Source: Octopus bimaculoides
Lineage: Eukaryota
NCBI RefSeq assembly: GCF_001194135.2
Contig: NC_068986.1
Location: 82,201,088-82,241,051 of the forward strand
Direction of reading: 5' to 3'
Length of the DNA: 39,964 nt
The translations under genes were made by a program, and so were the position numbers. A model generated the notes under the pieces. That model worked only from the letters and a program-made list of their open reading frames with translations. It was not told the origin of the DNA and did no database searches. How positions within the stretch are numbered: the first letter of the stretch is position 1; each line of letters begins with the position of its first letter. Positions 36,971-39,964 of the stretch are shown piece by piece.

Positions 36971-37179
36971 AGTAGCAGACTAGTTTGAGTGCCGGACAAA
37001 ATGCTTAGTATGATTTCTTCCGACTCCATTACAAGCTGAGTTCAAATTCCACCAAGTTCGACTTTGCTGTTCATCCTTTCTGGGTCGATAAAAGAAAGTA
37101 CCAGTCAAATACTAGGGCTGATGTAATCGACTAACCTCTTCCCCTTAAAATTACGGTCTTTGTGCCAAAATTCTAAACC
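36971..37179 (+). mobile_element. tRNA-derived SINE, family A copy 2 (diverged)
   Basis: gccggacaaaatgcttag..gagttcaaattcc..gtcgataaaagaaagtacc..tgtgccaaaattctaaac; aligns to 32-244. Confidence 0.88.
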
Positions 37180-37360
37180 ACTACTACTGCTGCTGCTGTT
37201 GTTGTGGTTATTTCCTGCGCATTCCTTTTTCCTCTTACCGTTTTTGTGAAAACTCCTTCACAAAGTTTGAACCGTCTTTAGAATGTCTCCTTCATGGGGT
37301 TCTTCTAGGGCAAATACACAAAATCATTATTTTAATATTAATAATATTATAATTATTATT

Positions 37361-37581
37361 AAGGCGGTGAGCTAGCAGAATCGATACCGCGCCGGAGAAA
37401 AAACCCCGCTTAGCGGAATTCCTTTCGACTTAACGTTCTGAGTTCAAATGTCACTGAAGTCGACTTTGCCTTTTCATTCCCTCGAGGGTCGATAAAATAA
37501 GTACCAACTGAGCACTGGGGCCGATGTAATCGATTTACATCCGCCCTTGAAATTGCTGGTCTTGTGCCAAAATTTGAAACC
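37361..37581 (+). mobile_element. tRNA-derived SINE, family A copy 3
   Basis: aaggcggtgagctagcagaatc..gagttcaaat..ggtcgataaaataagtacc..tgtgccaaaatttgaaacc; aligns to 32-244. Confidence 0.9.
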
Positions 37582-38523
37582 GATATAATTATTATTGTGG
37601 TGGTGGTGGTGGTGGTGGTGGTGGTATTTGTGATGTTTGAGTCTTTCGTATTTTCTTCTGATACAGTAGCCTGAAAATCTCGGGAAAGTTTCCAAAATGT
37701 AAAGGAGACCATTAAATATGGTAGAAGGGATGTTAGAACGAGTTGTGAAGTAAGAAATAAGACAGAGAAAAAAAGGGGGGATGACAGTATACGGAGGTGT
37801 GTGTGAGGAGAGATACGACGCTGGTAGTTGCGAGGAATGGGAATTGGAAGGAGATAGGAGAGGGTTAAAGGGTGGAAGATACAGAAGCTGGAGTGAAGGG
37901 AAGAGGGGGACGAGACAAGGGTGAGGGATTTTTAATATTGCAATAAATTTGAATTTCGTAAAGAATATAATTAACGACATCAGTAACAACAACAATAACA
38001 ACAACAACAAGGAAAACGACAACAGCATTAACAACAGCAATAAAACAAGAACAAAAGACATAAGGAATATCTGCGATGGAACAAACATCGTAAAAACAAC
38101 GAATTATTAACAACAACAATAATAGCCATAACAGTTATAAAAAAAAACAAAGCAATATCAAAACAACAGTAACCATACCAACAACAGCATCTACAACAAC
38201 AACAACAGCAACAGCAGCAACGACTATAACAAGAGAAATAATATTATTATAGAAATATTAAATTTAAAAACTGAAACGTTACTGCTTTGTTTTTGTTTTT
38301 GCTTGAGAGAAGATTTGAGGTTGCAAATTAATGAAGGTTTAAAATAGAATAAATAGTCGTGGAGTGGTGGTGGTAGAGGTGGTGGTGGTGATATAAGGAT
38401 AGTAAGGAGCAAGGGGGAGGTGAGAGGGAAAAGGCAGGAATAGTGTAAGGGAGTAGAGGGAGAGATTGTTTGGATAAAAGGAAGTTTTGAAGAGTTACAT
38501 TAAACAGAACAATGGTTTATTGC

Positions 38524-38595
38524 GTAGCTCCAGGTCAAACCTGATTGAAAAGACTTACGATCAAAGGTTTTCCTGTCGTGACCATCCAGCTTTTT
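38524..38595 (+). repeat. Short interspersed repeat, family D copy 2
   Basis: Homologous to 4741-4815. Confidence 0.55.
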
Positions 38596-38778
38596 ACATA
38601 CCATCGTCTGTAATATCCAACGTGATATTATGGAGCTGGGCAACGCGTGAATTAAAGGCATTTGGTTACTAATTCTTGCAGGTCGAGTACAGTTTATGGT
38701 GAATAAATGTGTATGTGAAAGCGTACGTGTCTATATATGTGTGTGACAATGCATTCTGTCAGTTACGTTTCTGATTCA

Positions 38779-39964
38779 TATTATTATTATTACTCAATAG
38801 TGTTATTTTTATCACGTACTTTCACTGCACTACCGAGAGCAGCTCTGTGTGCCTTGGGTATGTGCTGTGGTTTGTTGCGATGCTGTTATGGTTATTGTAT
38901 TGTAAATGTTTGACGCAGGATGTGTGCGGAGCCTGCCCAGTAGTGCAATTTTCTGTATGCTATATATATTTGTTATTTCTGGTGTTTTTGTTATGTATTT
39001 GTCTGAATATATTTTATCATACCTAATGCGCCTATTATGATAGGAATTGTTTCTGTTTTTAAACTCCACATTCGAATTACTTCTATTTTCAGGTTTTTGT
39101 ATTTTTAAAGTTACTCCATTTCTTTTATAGAAACTTTATTATCTGTTGGTACTGATACGTCGATTGAAAGCATCTTTTTTTTCTTGATAATCTCTGACAA
39201 CTATATCCGGCCTATTGGCCTTAATTTTTCTATCTGTGTCTTGGCATATCCCATAGTATGGTTGCTTTCTCATTTACTGTGACCTTTTCTGGCGTGTGCC
39301 TATACCATCTTTTTTCTATTGTTATTCCATAGTGTTGGCATAGCTTCTAGTGTATATAGATTCTAACTCTATCGTGTCTGTGAATATATTTCTTCTTAGC
39401 CAGGACTGGGCAGTGAGAAACAATATGATTTATTGTTTCATGTCTATCTCCGCATATTCTGCAGTTACTTGTTATCTTTCTTCCCATTATGTTTTTGGTA
39501 ATCTCTGGTGGGGTGGCTTTGGTTTTGTGCAGCAATTAAAAATCCTTCAGTCTCTGCTTTGAGTCCCGAACTTCTGAGCCATTGCTAGGATTTTGCTTTG
39601 TCTATTTCTTTTGCGTTTAGTTTAACCCAGTATTTGCCATGAAGGGGCTTTTCTTGCCATCGTTTCATCCTGATCTATTGTTGTTCCAGTTTTAGTTTGG
39701 ATTTCAGTTGTTTTACAGCTTTTGTTGTTTCTTCTTTTTCTTCATAGTTATTGGGTGGTATGACTTCTTTTTCTTTTTTGTATTTGTCAGCTTCCTTAAA
39801 GACTGAAAACAGTTTTTTGTCTTGTTCGTGTTTTGTGGCTATTTTTATTAGTTTTCCTTGCTTGTGAAGTAGGTATTTCTGTAGTCCTATGGTGGTTATT
39901 TTGTTATGGTTTTCTAACTGTATAAAGCCTCTACTACCTTCGATACGTTGTATATATAACCTTT
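38779..39964 (-). mobile_element. R4/Dong-type RLE non-LTR retrotransposon, 3' part (continues beyond the window)
   Basis: WQEKPLHGKY; QWLRSSGLKAETEGFLIAAQ; CCHC finger CRICGDRHETINHIVSHC plus RHD; endonuclease NRPDIVV..IDVSVP..KE..KY; IPIIIGALG; 3' UTR; (TAA)n tail at 38779-38792. Several stops and frameshifts. Confidence 0.92.

Overview
AT-rich, microsatellite-dense animal genomic scaffold with nine N-gaps (~3.4 kb in total). The repeat content (tRNA-derived SINEs, compound (CA)/(TACA)/(TA)/(AAT) tracts) resembles octopus/cephalopod DNA; this is recognition, not a database result. I found no host protein-coding gene I can support, and nearly all ORF-track entries are microsatellite or N-gap artefacts. 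The window is a layered transposon graveyard: a CR1/L2-group LINE, two R4/Dong-type RLE LINE 3' parts, a near full-length decayed hAT (Tip100/ZMYM1-like) transposase, a GC-rich ORF1/Gag-like ORF with a CCHC knuckle, a maT (DD37D) Tc1/mariner element, a Penelope-like element (RT plus GIY-YIG), a probable pogo remnant, several SINEs, and two long inverted-repeat elements. The strongest observation is a ~110-bp near-identical copy of the local hAT sequence (8090-8189) inserted 2.6 kb away into the ORF1/Gag-like gene, with a 12-bp target duplication and a 12-bp stutter at one end; removing it restores the reading frame. Also notable are a possible ORF1-only retroelement with 3' hairpins, a 571-bp TTAA-flanked foldback element with ~218-bp arms, a 4x23-bp array, and many 10-42 bp tandem duplications. 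All protein assignments come from manual translation and motif recognition, not from searches.
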